A stretch of DNA of 61,732 bases, counting the filler. It is 3 parts of 3 records of this genome, joined end to end, with 100 filler letters (N's around TTAATTAATTAA, not from the genome) between each part and the next. Parts side by side here need not be neighbours in the genome. Positions count along the whole stretch, not along the records: positions 30,422 to 61,732 come from SRR31147125_73; 2 more parts are not named here. One strand, 5' to 3'. The position numbers and the translations under genes were made by a program. Shown here in pieces: positions 43,382 through 53,182 of the stretch; the stretch's first letter is position 1, and every line of letters begins with the position of its first letter. Under the pieces are notes generated by a model. That model did no database searches and had not been told where the DNA came from. It saw only the letters and a list, made by a program, of their open reading frames with translations.

Positions 43382-43604
43382 ATTAATTCCTTTTTAAATT
43401 TTTAAAGGATGACTGAAAAAAGAGTAATGATTTCAGATGAAAAAATCAATTGGTTACCGCTACAGTTTTCAATTTTGGAAAAAATTATGAGATTTATTAA
43501 TTTTGCATAAAATGCAAAATGGGATAACAAAGCAAAATATCAATTTAAGTTGTTGAAATATTAATTAAAAATTAATTTTTACCGCATAAAATTAACAAAA
43601 ACAC

Positions 43605-43634
43605 TTGCGTGACATATTTCACTTTTGTTAAAAT
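43605..43634 (+). promoter_or_regulatory. Sigma70-like promoter upstream of the structured/oriT region
   Basis: TTGCGT-18nt-TAAAAT with a TGn extended -10. Confidence 0.4.
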
Positions 43635-43649
43635 GTGTGAGTATACGTT

Positions 43650-43983
43650 CTTGAGCCGACAAGAATTTTCCAAGCTTGGTTTTGTCTGCTCAAATCTTGC
43701 AAGAATATTTTTATCATTAAATATATTGTCTGTTGATTCGGTGTCGAATCTGGCGAAGCATGACGAAAGTCAGCAAAGCTGAAGAACTGACATCTGAAAA
43801 TCAGATATAAGAGGTGGTTTCCGCATTGGTTACTTTAATCAGTGCGGAAACCGCAGAAGTGACCAGTTGCAGGGCAACTGAGCAAGATTGCTTTCAGGGA
43901 AAGCACCTGCGAGAACGCCTATCTTGGCAGGGGCAAGCCCCTACAACCCCATTCGCAGATTCCAATTACAGGGTAACCCCAAA
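43650..43983. other. Hairpin-dense non-coding region, candidate oriT (with or without a single-strand origin or ncRNA)
   Basis: At least eight short inverted repeats in series. CCTATCTTG at 43918-43926 resembles the RP4-type nic CCTATCCTG. Lies upstream of mobC-relaxase. Confidence 0.55.
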
Positions 43984-44166
43984 GTCTTTGGCTTATTTGG
44001 CTGTGTATTGAGCTCGTTTTAGAAGTGTTCATAAGAACTGTAGAAATCATTTTTAACGAGTGAGGTGTGGTTCCATAATATTTAGGAATCAGACTATCAT
44101 TTCTTTTTTTCCACAAAATCAATTCCTCAAAAATTACTGGCAGTACTGAAACAGGGTAACCCCAAA
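43968..44166. repeat. 16-bp direct repeat ACAGGGTAACCCCAAA, two copies
   Basis: Identical copies at 43968-43983 and 44151-44166. Confidence 0.9.
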
Positions 44167-44185
44167 TCGGTCTGCTTGTTTTGGC

Positions 44186-44917
44186 ATGTCGAAATTCTTC
44201 AAAAATCGATTTTTCTTTGTTGGCTCACCACGAAATCGTTTTGTTATTCTATATTCTAATTTCAATATCATGAAACATATATCAAACCTTATCACCAATA
44301 ACCGAGTCAACTTTAAAGATCTTATGAATCAGCATTACCAAGAGGATATCGCTGATAAAAATTCTTCAAAATCCACACAAAACAAAAGACACCGAGTGAA
44401 TTGTTCGTTTACGGCACTGGAATATGAACAGTTGTTAAATACCGCTCAATCTTATCACAGCAAGCCCTCAACTTTCCTCAAACAAGCCGCTCTTTCCTTC
44501 ATGGATAATAAACCAATCATGCCAGCTGGTTTTACTGAAAAGATGCAACGTCTGACTCAATTATCTGGTAGTATCGCAAACAATTTCCAGCAATTAATCC
44601 ATTTTGCCGGTGGCAATAAAACCAATGAGCAATATCTAAAAACCTGCAAGCAAAAGGTTTTTGAGTTGGAGGGGCAAGTAGAATTGTTTACTGATCAGGT
44701 AAGCTATTCGGCTTTTTTGGAGAATCGCACGGATCAACTGATTAGTTTTTTAAAAGTGTTGGCAGACAAGTTCAAAAATATTGTCTTTGAGCATTTGGAA
44801 ACAGGTAATGAGTTGAGTATTTCTGATTTTACGCAGATTGAAGATATTATGAAGCGATTGGTTAGAGGCATTGGAAATTACATCAACTATCAACGTTCTC
44901 TAAAAAAAGAGCAATGA
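44186..44917 (+). CDS. mobC: MobC-like relaxosome accessory protein
   Basis: RHH-like HRVNCSFTALEYEQL..PSTFLKQAAL and MobC-like SIANNFQQL. The stop overlaps the relaxase ATG (ATGA). The true start is probably further downstream. Confidence 0.7.
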   Translation: MSKFFKNRFFFVGSPRNRFVILYSNFNIMKHISNLITNNRVNFKDLMNQHYQEDIADKNSSKSTQNKRHRVNCSFTALEYEQLLNTAQSYHSKPSTFLKQAALSFMDNKPIMPAGFTEKMQRLTQLSGSIANNFQQLIHFAGGNKTNEQYLKTCKQKVFELEGQVELFTDQVSYSAFLENRTDQLISFLKVLADKFKNIVFEHLETGNELSISDFTQIEDIMKRLVRGIGNYINYQRSLKKEQ

Positions 44918-45795
44918 TAGTCAAATCATTTGGGCTGAAAACTCTAGCGTTTGATCGGGCTATCGGTTACGTCAGCCAAGCCAAGAAAACTTCTCCTGAC
45001 ACCCCTCCCGAACAGATTTTTGATCACCTGACCGATTCATCTCAGATGAAAACCCCGCCCATCTTGTGGAATCTGAAAGCTCATAGTTTCAATGCCAATG
45101 CCATAAAGCAAGAGTTCATCAACAACAGTCGGCACCTCAAATACCGTAAACGAGGCAATTTCCTGTATCACGAAATGATTTCTTTGAGCGATAAGGATAA
45201 AGAAAAAGTGACTCCCGCCATGCTGAACGATTTGGCACAGCATTATCTGGAACTGAGAGCCGGAAATGCTTTAGCCTTGGCGGTTGCTCATCATGACACT
45301 GATAATCCACATATTCATCTGATAATATCCGCAAATTACCGCAAAAGTGCTAAACGAATGCGATTGTCAAAGAAGCAGTTTCAGCAAATTAAGCTGAACT
45401 TGGAGGAATACCAACGCCGTCGCTATCCAGAACTGACTGCTTCACAGGTCAACCATGCGGGGCGTGATGCCAACAAACTCAAATACAGCCGAGGCGAGCG
45501 TGAAGCTATCCGGCGAATGGAGAAGAGTGGAAATCGGACATTAACCGTCAAAGAGCAAGTGAGGGAAACAGTTGGTCAGTGCTTTATCAAAGCCGGTTCA
45601 ATGGCTGAATGTCAGCGGAATTTGAGTCAGGCGGGTTTCCAGTTTTATCGACGAGGGGAAAAGACCGTGGGGGTGAGGCGGTATGAGGATAAACGGAAAT
45701 ATCGTTTGAGCACTTTGGGTTTAATGCCCCTGTATCAGTCTCGTGTTCAGGAATGGTCGATGAAGAAAGAAAAACAGATTTTTCCAGAAAGATAG
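44914..45795 (+). CDS. MOBP-type relaxase
   Basis: Motif I AIGYV, motif II YHEMISLS, motif III HHDTDNPHIHLII. Confidence 0.92.
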   Translation: MIVKSFGLKTLAFDRAIGYVSQAKKTSPDTPPEQIFDHLTDSSQMKTPPILWNLKAHSFNANAIKQEFINNSRHLKYRKRGNFLYHEMISLSDKDKEKVTPAMLNDLAQHYLELRAGNALALAVAHHDTDNPHIHLIISANYRKSAKRMRLSKKQFQQIKLNLEEYQRRRYPELTASQVNHAGRDANKLKYSRGEREAIRRMEKSGNRTLTVKEQVRETVGQCFIKAGSMAECQRNLSQAGFQFYRRGEKTVGVRRYEDKRKYRLSTLGLMPLYQSRVQEWSMKKEKQIFPER

Positions 45796-45817
45796 AAACG
45801 TAGAAATACGAGCAACT

Positions 45818-45935
45818 TGTCATTTCGACTGTAGCGAAGCGGAATGGAGAAATCCCTTTTCAACGTCGTAATAAAAAGGATTTCTCCGCTCCATATTTTT
45901 CCGTTTCACTCCAAAATATTCCGGTCGAAATGACA
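45818..45935. repeat. REP/MITE-like palindromic element
   Basis: Terminal TGTCATTTCGAC / GTCGAAATGACA (12-bp perfect inverted repeat). Inner arms 45846-45860 and 45873-45887 pair at 14 of 15 positions. Confidence 0.8.
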
Positions 45936-45969
45936 GACCACAACTTAAAAACACATAAAAAAATCAAAC

Positions 45970-47388
45970 ATGAAGTACCTATGGAAAGCCATTCTATGCT
46001 TATGGCTGGCTTATAAAATCATCTTCGGCAAAGCTCGTTCCGAGGCTTATGGCAAAGCCTATTTCATGGACAGAATCGAAATGAACGTCCATTTTGCCAA
46101 TAGCAATCGAGGCATCAGGTTATCAGCCCGACACCGGCTATCCTTGCCAGTCAGCTATCAAAATTTATGCCTGATTGCTCCCACTGGAAGCGGTAAAACC
46201 ACTCGTTACGTGATTCCCAATATCCTACATGCTCAAACTTCCGTGGTCGTGACAGATCCTAGTGGAGAGATCTACCAGCACACCGCCGGACATCTCCATA
46301 ATCGGGGCTTCAAAGTGCAAGTGTTGGCTCCGGCAGATTTGGCAAACAGTCTGCGGTTTAATCCTTTGGCATTTTTCCAAACCACTTCGGAACTTAAACA
46401 AATTGCCACTATATTGGGGAACCTGAACAGTAGCGGTTCAGATCAATTTTGGATAACTGGAGCCGTTCAAATCCTGTTCATCTGTTTAGTGGCAGTAAAA
46501 AACACGGCTGATGAGAATCAATTACACATCGGCAGAGTCAGAGAATTATTGAATGAAGTCGGCAAAAATTTGTCAGGCTTTCCGCCAAGATTACTGAGAA
46601 AGCAATTGAAAACAGAACTGACTGCCCTTGACGAGTTCATGCACAAGAATTTGGATCCAAGGACTTTGGTGGATTATCAGGCGTTTATGGCTCAGGATTC
46701 AAAAGTAAGTTCTTCCATATTAGCCACCGCCCGTTCCGCTCTCGACCTGTGGTCAGATCCCGATATTGTTGAGTTTAGCCAGGGTAATAGCGTTGACATT
46801 GAGGCTTTGCGACGAGAAAAAACAATCATTTACATTATCGTACCGGAACACCAACTCAGCTACTTTGCTATCATCATCAACCTGTTTTATTCAGCTTGCT
46901 TTGAACACTGTATCCGGCATCCACAAGGCAATCCCGTGTTTTACTTTCTTGATGAGTTCGGCAATCTGCCCAAAATTCCTAATTTTGCTTCCATTGCGAC
47001 TACCCTGAGAAAAAAACGCTGTTCTCTATCACTGATCCTGCAAGACCTTTCCCAATTAACCGCCGTCTACGGCAAAGATGAAGCTCAAGCCATCTTTGGC
47101 GGTGGGATGCAAAACAAACTTTTCTTTGCCGGTTTGGATTTGGAAAGCAGTCGCTATCTGGAAAACGTGTTGGGAATGCGAACCGCCTATGATTTCATCA
47201 CCGCCACAGGTGAAATGGACTTACTGAACAACCTCCGCACCGTAGCCAAGCCATTACTACCCGCCTCGGAAATCAGGATGATGAAAGCCCATGAAGCTAT
47301 TTTGGTTTCCGGTTCATTGAAACCCGCCAAGTTCACCATGAAGCCATTTTATAAGAATAGGAAAATGCAGAGGTGGAGCCGAAAATAA
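45970..47388 (+). CDS. virD4: Type IV coupling protein, VirD4/TraG family
   Basis: N-terminal TM; APTGSGKT, VTDPSGE, RFNPL, FLDEFGNL and LILQDLSQL.AVYG motifs. Confidence 0.93.
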   Translation: MKYLWKAILCLWLAYKIIFGKARSEAYGKAYFMDRIEMNVHFANSNRGIRLSARHRLSLPVSYQNLCLIAPTGSGKTTRYVIPNILHAQTSVVVTDPSGEIYQHTAGHLHNRGFKVQVLAPADLANSLRFNPLAFFQTTSELKQIATILGNLNSSGSDQFWITGAVQILFICLVAVKNTADENQLHIGRVRELLNEVGKNLSGFPPRLLRKQLKTELTALDEFMHKNLDPRTLVDYQAFMAQDSKVSSSILATARSALDLWSDPDIVEFSQGNSVDIEALRREKTIIYIIVPEHQLSYFAIIINLFYSACFEHCIRHPQGNPVFYFLDEFGNLPKIPNFASIATTLRKKRCSLSLILQDLSQLTAVYGKDEAQAIFGGGMQNKLFFAGLDLESSRYLENVLGMRTAYDFITATGEMDLLNNLRTVAKPLLPASEIRMMKAHEAILVSGSLKPAKFTMKPFYKNRKMQRWSRK

Positions 47389-47460
47389 CAGACTTTGCTT
47401 TTCGGATAGCTTTATCCATATCTTTCCTATTTACTGTATTTACATCTTAAACAAGCCATT

Positions 47461-48861
47461 ATGGAAACTTTGACAATCTACCCAGAATCAGTGCCTATGA
47501 ATGCTGATTCCACACCGGCTCAATCACAGAACAAACCAATTGAAAATGAAGACTATTTGTCCTCTATCTCTATTTTTGACAAGCAGGAAGAATGCGATTT
47601 AAAACAAGATAAATCAAATGGACATTTAGGTCGAAAAAGGCAAATAGGGCAATCGAGGCGAAATAAGCAAAAAGGGCAAAAAATTGCTGAGGCAACAAGA
47701 AAATATTATTCCCCAAACAATCAGACAGAGAAAATCAGCCTTGACCGCCAATCCTTGCAAATCATCAGGGATAATATCAGAGATGCCGCATCTTTACTAA
47801 ATGCCTTGGGATTACCCATCACAAAGAAAGACAAAAGCCATTACTGGATCAAATCACCGTTTAGAGTGGAACGCACCGCCTCATTGCATATCGAAAAAAC
47901 AGGTAAATTGAGATGGTGTGATTTTGGACAGAATCGGAACGGCGGTGGTCCACTCGAATTAATTCAGCAGGTTTTGGGTGTTAATATCTACCAAGCTGGA
48001 CGATGGGCAGTGGAACAAGGCTTAACCGAGGCTCCGCAGTCTTCAATCAAACCGATAATGGCACCTGCGGATAACCACAAAGAGGATGTCACACCTAACC
48101 GTCCCATCAGACAAAATCTGATTTCTTATCTGTCAGAGCTTGGCACTCACCCCGAATTTATTGAACGGCAAATATCCGCTGAAACCTGCGAATATTTGGG
48201 TTGTGGGTTCTTGGAGTATGGAAAACTGAGAAACAAGAATAATCAATTGCAAGAACGGATCGTGTTTCAGGTGCGGGGAGTGCAAGCCGATTCCGAAACG
48301 AAACAGCTAAAATCGGTTGTCCTGTCCCACGTCGGTGAAGCCATCAACGAGGAACAACGCCAACTGAACGGTAAATTTGTCAGCTACAAAGGCTTTGGCA
48401 AATCACAGGAACTCTACAACATTGACCATCTGTTATTGGATGAACGATCAATAGAGCAAATCAAAACCACTGGCAGGATATTGGTCGTGGAGGGTTTTTT
48501 CGGCACCGCCAAGCTTGTTGAAGCTGGTATTTACAATGTGGTTGCCACCATGGGAGCCAATCTTAGTTCATTCCAGATCGAAAAGATGAAATTCATCAAA
48601 GAGGCATTGCGGAATCACTTTCATCTGCCAGACGAGCCAAAGTTATTGATTTGGTATGACCGAGACATAGCCGGAACGACTGCCCAAACCAAAGCCGTGG
48701 CAGAACTGAAGAACAAAGGGCATCCTGTAGCGGATTTTGATTGGTGGCAAGAGTTCCATTCCGATGTCCGTTCTCGCATTACCATCCCTTTATCAATTGA
48801 AGATCCCTGTGACTTCAGCGTCCCACAACTGCAATGGTTGCGGGAACAGAACATTATTTAG
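47461..48861 (+). CDS. DnaG-like primase (degenerate CHC2 finger + TOPRIM)
   Basis: SPFRVERTASL..WCDFG, LYNID, VVEGFFG, NVVATMG and WYDRDIAG motifs. Confidence 0.85.
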   Translation: METLTIYPESVPMNADSTPAQSQNKPIENEDYLSSISIFDKQEECDLKQDKSNGHLGRKRQIGQSRRNKQKGQKIAEATRKYYSPNNQTEKISLDRQSLQIIRDNIRDAASLLNALGLPITKKDKSHYWIKSPFRVERTASLHIEKTGKLRWCDFGQNRNGGGPLELIQQVLGVNIYQAGRWAVEQGLTEAPQSSIKPIMAPADNHKEDVTPNRPIRQNLISYLSELGTHPEFIERQISAETCEYLGCGFLEYGKLRNKNNQLQERIVFQVRGVQADSETKQLKSVVLSHVGEAINEEQRQLNGKFVSYKGFGKSQELYNIDHLLLDERSIEQIKTTGRILVVEGFFGTAKLVEAGIYNVVATMGANLSSFQIEKMKFIKEALRNHFHLPDEPKLLIWYDRDIAGTTAQTKAVAELKNKGHPVADFDWWQEFHSDVRSRITIPLSIEDPCDFSVPQLQWLREQNII

Positions 48862-48879
48862 CCTTTAACTTTTCCCACC

Positions 48880-49179
48880 ATGACAGTCGAAAACATGCCC
48901 ATCGAGGCATTATCAACAGAGCGTCCGGACTTACCAGCAAAACCCAAGCCACCACTCAACTTCCCCACAATCACTGACAATATTTTTGATCCCGCTCCCG
49001 AAGAATCCCAAGAATATGAACCGGTCGAGAATCTGAAAGATTTCTTATCCCAACTGGACAAGCGAAAATTCAAGCTTGATTGCGGTCATAAAGTCACCTT
49101 TGGCTATTTCCTTGGCAATGACATCATGATTCGGAACGGCAAGGAAATGACCATAACATGCAGTCAATGTGCATATTAA
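48880..49179 (+). CDS. Small protein with putative Zn-binding CxH..CxxC
   Basis: LDCGH...TCSQC in the C-terminal half; lies in the primase-integrase run of genes. Confidence 0.7.
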   Translation: MTVENMPIEALSTERPDLPAKPKPPLNFPTITDNIFDPAPEESQEYEPVENLKDFLSQLDKRKFKLDCGHKVTFGYFLGNDIMIRNGKEMTITCSQCAY

Positions 49180-49203
49180 TTTACTTTTTAACCAAATATA
49201 AAA

Positions 49204-49692
49204 ATGAAAGAACAAATACCAAATTTATATGAGAATCATCCTTTTGATGAGGATATTGACACCATCGGCACCTTTTCCAATTTTGCAGATTTTGCGGACA
49301 TTTTTAATGATGCCGCAAATCTGAAAGCTCATATCATCGAATTGCTTGATACCATCGGCATTGATGAGAACAACTATGAGCAGTACCGGCAAGTAAACTG
49401 TGACTTCTGGAATGATTTGAACAGCAACGGTTATAGTTTTCGAGAGTTAGCCAATCAATGGGCAAATTCTCAAAAGGACGTTTACAATAGCAAACTTTGG
49501 CAAAATGCCATCAAATTCATCGAGTTTGAAGATGCCTATTTTGACCGGTATGGCTATGAATATGCCACTCAAGCCATGCAAGAGTGCGGTTTGACCAAGT
49601 TGTTAATGGAGATTCAATATATCGCCTACTATCAATTTGCTTGCAAGGTACTGGCGTTGATCGCTGAATTACCAAGCAATAATCCCCAATGA
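49204..49692 (+). CDS. Acidic hypothetical protein
   Basis: 162-aa ORF in operon-like arrangement. Confidence 0.75.
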   Translation: MKEQIPNLYENHPFDEDIDTIGTFSNFADFADIFNDAANLKAHIIELLDTIGIDENNYEQYRQVNCDFWNDLNSNGYSFRELANQWANSQKDVYNSKLWQNAIKFIEFEDAYFDRYGYEYATQAMQECGLTKLLMEIQYIAYYQFACKVLALIAELPSNNPQ

Positions 49693-49850
49693 ACATGGAA
49701 ACAACAGCAACAAAAATCAGTCTACCACCGGCAGGAAAACGGCATGAATCAATTTTGATTGAGACCAGATTTTTCCAATCAGAAGAGAAACAACAGGAAA
49801 CAGCATGGGAACGGTCTTTTCTAGTGGTCATGACTGAATACGGAAAATAA
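49689..49850 (+). CDS. 53-aa small protein upstream of the integrase
   Basis: ATGA overlap with the previous stop; MNMETTATKISLPPAGKRHESILIETRFFQSEEKQQETAWERSFLVVMTEYGK*. Below the ORF-track cutoff. Confidence 0.55.
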   Translation: MNMETTATKISLPPAGKRHESILIETRFFQSEEKQQETAWERSFLVVMTEYGK

Positions 49851-49946
49851 GAGAAACTTACCACAAAACCGCTTATTCACTAGCTATTCTTAATTTTAAG
49901 AGTAGTGTGTCAGTGACTTCAGATTTATCTTTTAACTCCAATAATT

Positions 49947-51812
49947 ATGACTAAAAATGACAACACAAATACTAGAGTTGCCCTTTACGTGCGTGTATCT
50001 ACAGAAGAGCAGGTAAACGGCGGTTTCGGCTTGGAACTGCAACTGAACGCCCTGCGAGAGGAAATAAAGCACAAACAGCGGTATCACCAATGGATACACA
50101 AAGAGCAATGGCTTTTTATCGACAAAGCCTGTACGGGAGCCACCTTGAAACGCCCAGGCTATCAAAAAATGATGCAATCCGTACAAAGAGAAGAATTTGA
50201 TTTGGTTTTAGTTTGGAAGATAGACCGGCTTTCCCGCACCCTCTCTGATTTACTCAAGACCTTTGAAACCCTACAAAAATACGGTGTCGGATTCTTCTCG
50301 CTGAAAGAGAATATAGATTTCTCTGGGGCTATCGGTAAGCTGACCTTTCAGCTATTCGGAGCCTTGGCGGAGTTCGAGAGAGAGACCATCAAATCAAGGA
50401 CGATTGAAGGCAAAATTCAGTCTGCACGGATGGGAAACTACATCGGCACCGGCATCCCATACGGATACAAGAAAGTGCCACGCAAACAGGGAAAAGGCTC
50501 AGTATTAGAGATCGTGCCGTATGAAGCGGAAATGATTAGGAAGATATTTAGAGACTTCGTGTTTCACCGTAAGAATTACGAACAAATTGCCCATGAAATA
50601 AATGATTTGGGCATTCCTAAAGGCGTATCCAGCCGTAAGAAGAAAAATAGCATGACATGGTTTGCCATCACTATCCGCAAGATGATTGCCAACCGCATTT
50701 ACATGGGAGAACATATTGCTCGTATTAATGACAGCAATAATCAGATGCAGGAAATAACAGTAAAAGTACCGGCAATCGTGACAGAATTACAGTTCAGAGA
50801 AGCTGAATCCTTGGCTAAGGATGTGACAAAGACCCACCGTCGTCGGAATAGCAGTGGGCATGTCTACCTGCTTAGCAGGAAAATTGTTGATACCGAAACT
50901 GGACGGAACTTCGTGGGAGTGCCACGCACCAAGGGAGGACAGAGCTACCGCCGGAAGTCATTCACGGAAAAACTCAGCGGTAAGAAATACCGCAATATGG
51001 AGCTACCCGCCAAGCCACTGGATGAATTTGTATGGAAACACGTCACCATGATCATCGATAATCCTGATAAATTCTATCAGATTTACCAAGAACAAAATAT
51101 GTCCACCGATTACTTGGAAGATTTACTAAAAGAAGAATCCGCCTTGCGAGAAAAAATTGATTTCCAAGCAGTCAAAATTACCAACATTCACAATGACTTC
51201 TATGACGGCGGGATTACCGAGAACGTCCGAGACTCACTGATTTCGAACTGTGAGCAGGTAGTCGATGCCAGCCGAACCAAGTTGAGAAAAGTCTCAAGGG
51301 AAGTACGGGATCTGCAAAGAATCAAGGAAGCAGAATTATCAATCCATGAGTTCTCCCATCGCTTTAAAGAGCGGTTTGAGGCTCTGGGAGATAGAAGCCG
51401 ACAGATACTTGTGGACATCCTGATTGATAGAATCGAGGTTAGTAGAGATGAAGAGGGTTACCGAGTGAAAGTGGTCTTCCGCTTCGTTCCACCTCATGCT
51501 GAAGCCGTTTCCAATGACATCCAACCAGTTTTAACGCAAAACAAGCCCTCCAGTGGGGGGCTTGTCTTGGATGATTGCGTATCTGGTCATCAAAGCCTCT
51601 CAAGTGACTCTAAATTGTGCGAATATTCAAACAGTAGGCACAATGCCAATGAAATGACGGGCAATTTCATCAAGAATACTCCGACGAATAAAATTGATTC
51701 ACACAAGAAAAGTAATAAGGGGCAAGACGGATTGGCAATGTTCCTGACAGCAAAAGTAGTGAAGTATCAAATTAATTCAATCTGGCACACTGAGATACAG
51801 TTGATTATATGA
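49947..51812 (+). CDS. Large serine recombinase (integrase)
   Basis: YVRVSTEEQ catalytic Ser, RPG, VWKIDRLSR, AEFERE, PYGY, NRIYMG and PAIV motifs; coiled coil; LIDRIEV. Confidence 0.95.
   Translation: MTKNDNTNTRVALYVRVSTEEQVNGGFGLELQLNALREEIKHKQRYHQWIHKEQWLFIDKACTGATLKRPGYQKMMQSVQREEFDLVLVWKIDRLSRTLSDLLKTFETLQKYGVGFFSLKENIDFSGAIGKLTFQLFGALAEFERETIKSRTIEGKIQSARMGNYIGTGIPYGYKKVPRKQGKGSVLEIVPYEAEMIRKIFRDFVFHRKNYEQIAHEINDLGIPKGVSSRKKKNSMTWFAITIRKMIANRIYMGEHIARINDSNNQMQEITVKVPAIVTELQFREAESLAKDVTKTHRRRNSSGHVYLLSRKIVDTETGRNFVGVPRTKGGQSYRRKSFTEKLSGKKYRNMELPAKPLDEFVWKHVTMIIDNPDKFYQIYQEQNMSTDYLEDLLKEESALREKIDFQAVKITNIHNDFYDGGITENVRDSLISNCEQVVDASRTKLRKVSREVRDLQRIKEAELSIHEFSHRFKERFEALGDRSRQILVDILIDRIEVSRDEEGYRVKVVFRFVPPHAEAVSNDIQPVLTQNKPSSGGLVLDDCVSGHQSLSSDSKLCEYSNSRHNANEMTGNFIKNTPTNKIDSHKKSNKGQDGLAMFLTAKVVKYQINSIWHTEIQLII
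51541..51565 (-). terminator. Minus-strand terminator-like hairpin inside the 3' end of the integrase
   Basis: ACAAGCCCTCC-agt-GGGGGGCTTGT preceded by an A run, which gives a short U tail on the minus strand. Confidence 0.45.
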
Positions 51813-52053
51813 GAAAATGAAAATAAGTTTAAAGGGTGTCTTACATACTTTCGAAAGTATTTGAGAATCTGATAAATGTATACTTTACACCAACAAGAAC
51901 GAAATTAAAAAGCTTTTTATTAAGGGACATGTCTATTCATCATAAAGATCTCAATATAAGTGCATGGTCTAAATATATTTCAGTTAAAATCTCAGACAAA
52001 TTCCATATTTGAAACAATCATCAATTGTAAAGGTTGAAATAATTTATGTCACA

Positions 52054-53169
<1,116 letters not shown>

Positions 53170-53182
53170 AGTATAGCGACTT

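Larger units (their letters stand above)
30422..51812. mobile_element. Integrative conjugative element (partial; left part lost at the gap)
   Basis: Trb-type mating-pair genes, MobC, relaxase, coupling protein, primase and a large serine recombinase lie on one contig. The right boundary is inferred. Confidence 0.8.

Noticed and set aside
43779-43810. Hammerhead ribozyme suggested by CTGAAGA...GAAA
   Set aside because: The intervening ACTGACATCT cannot form stem II, and no compatible stems I/III were found.
43640-43990. Retron msr-msd or DGR template repeat
   Set aside because: No reverse transcriptase is present in the window and no TR/VR pair was seen.
51575-51660. tRNA 3' end as the integration target after the TGGT near 51584
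   Set aside because: No T-arm (GTTCGA/TCGAAC) or acceptor stem can be built.
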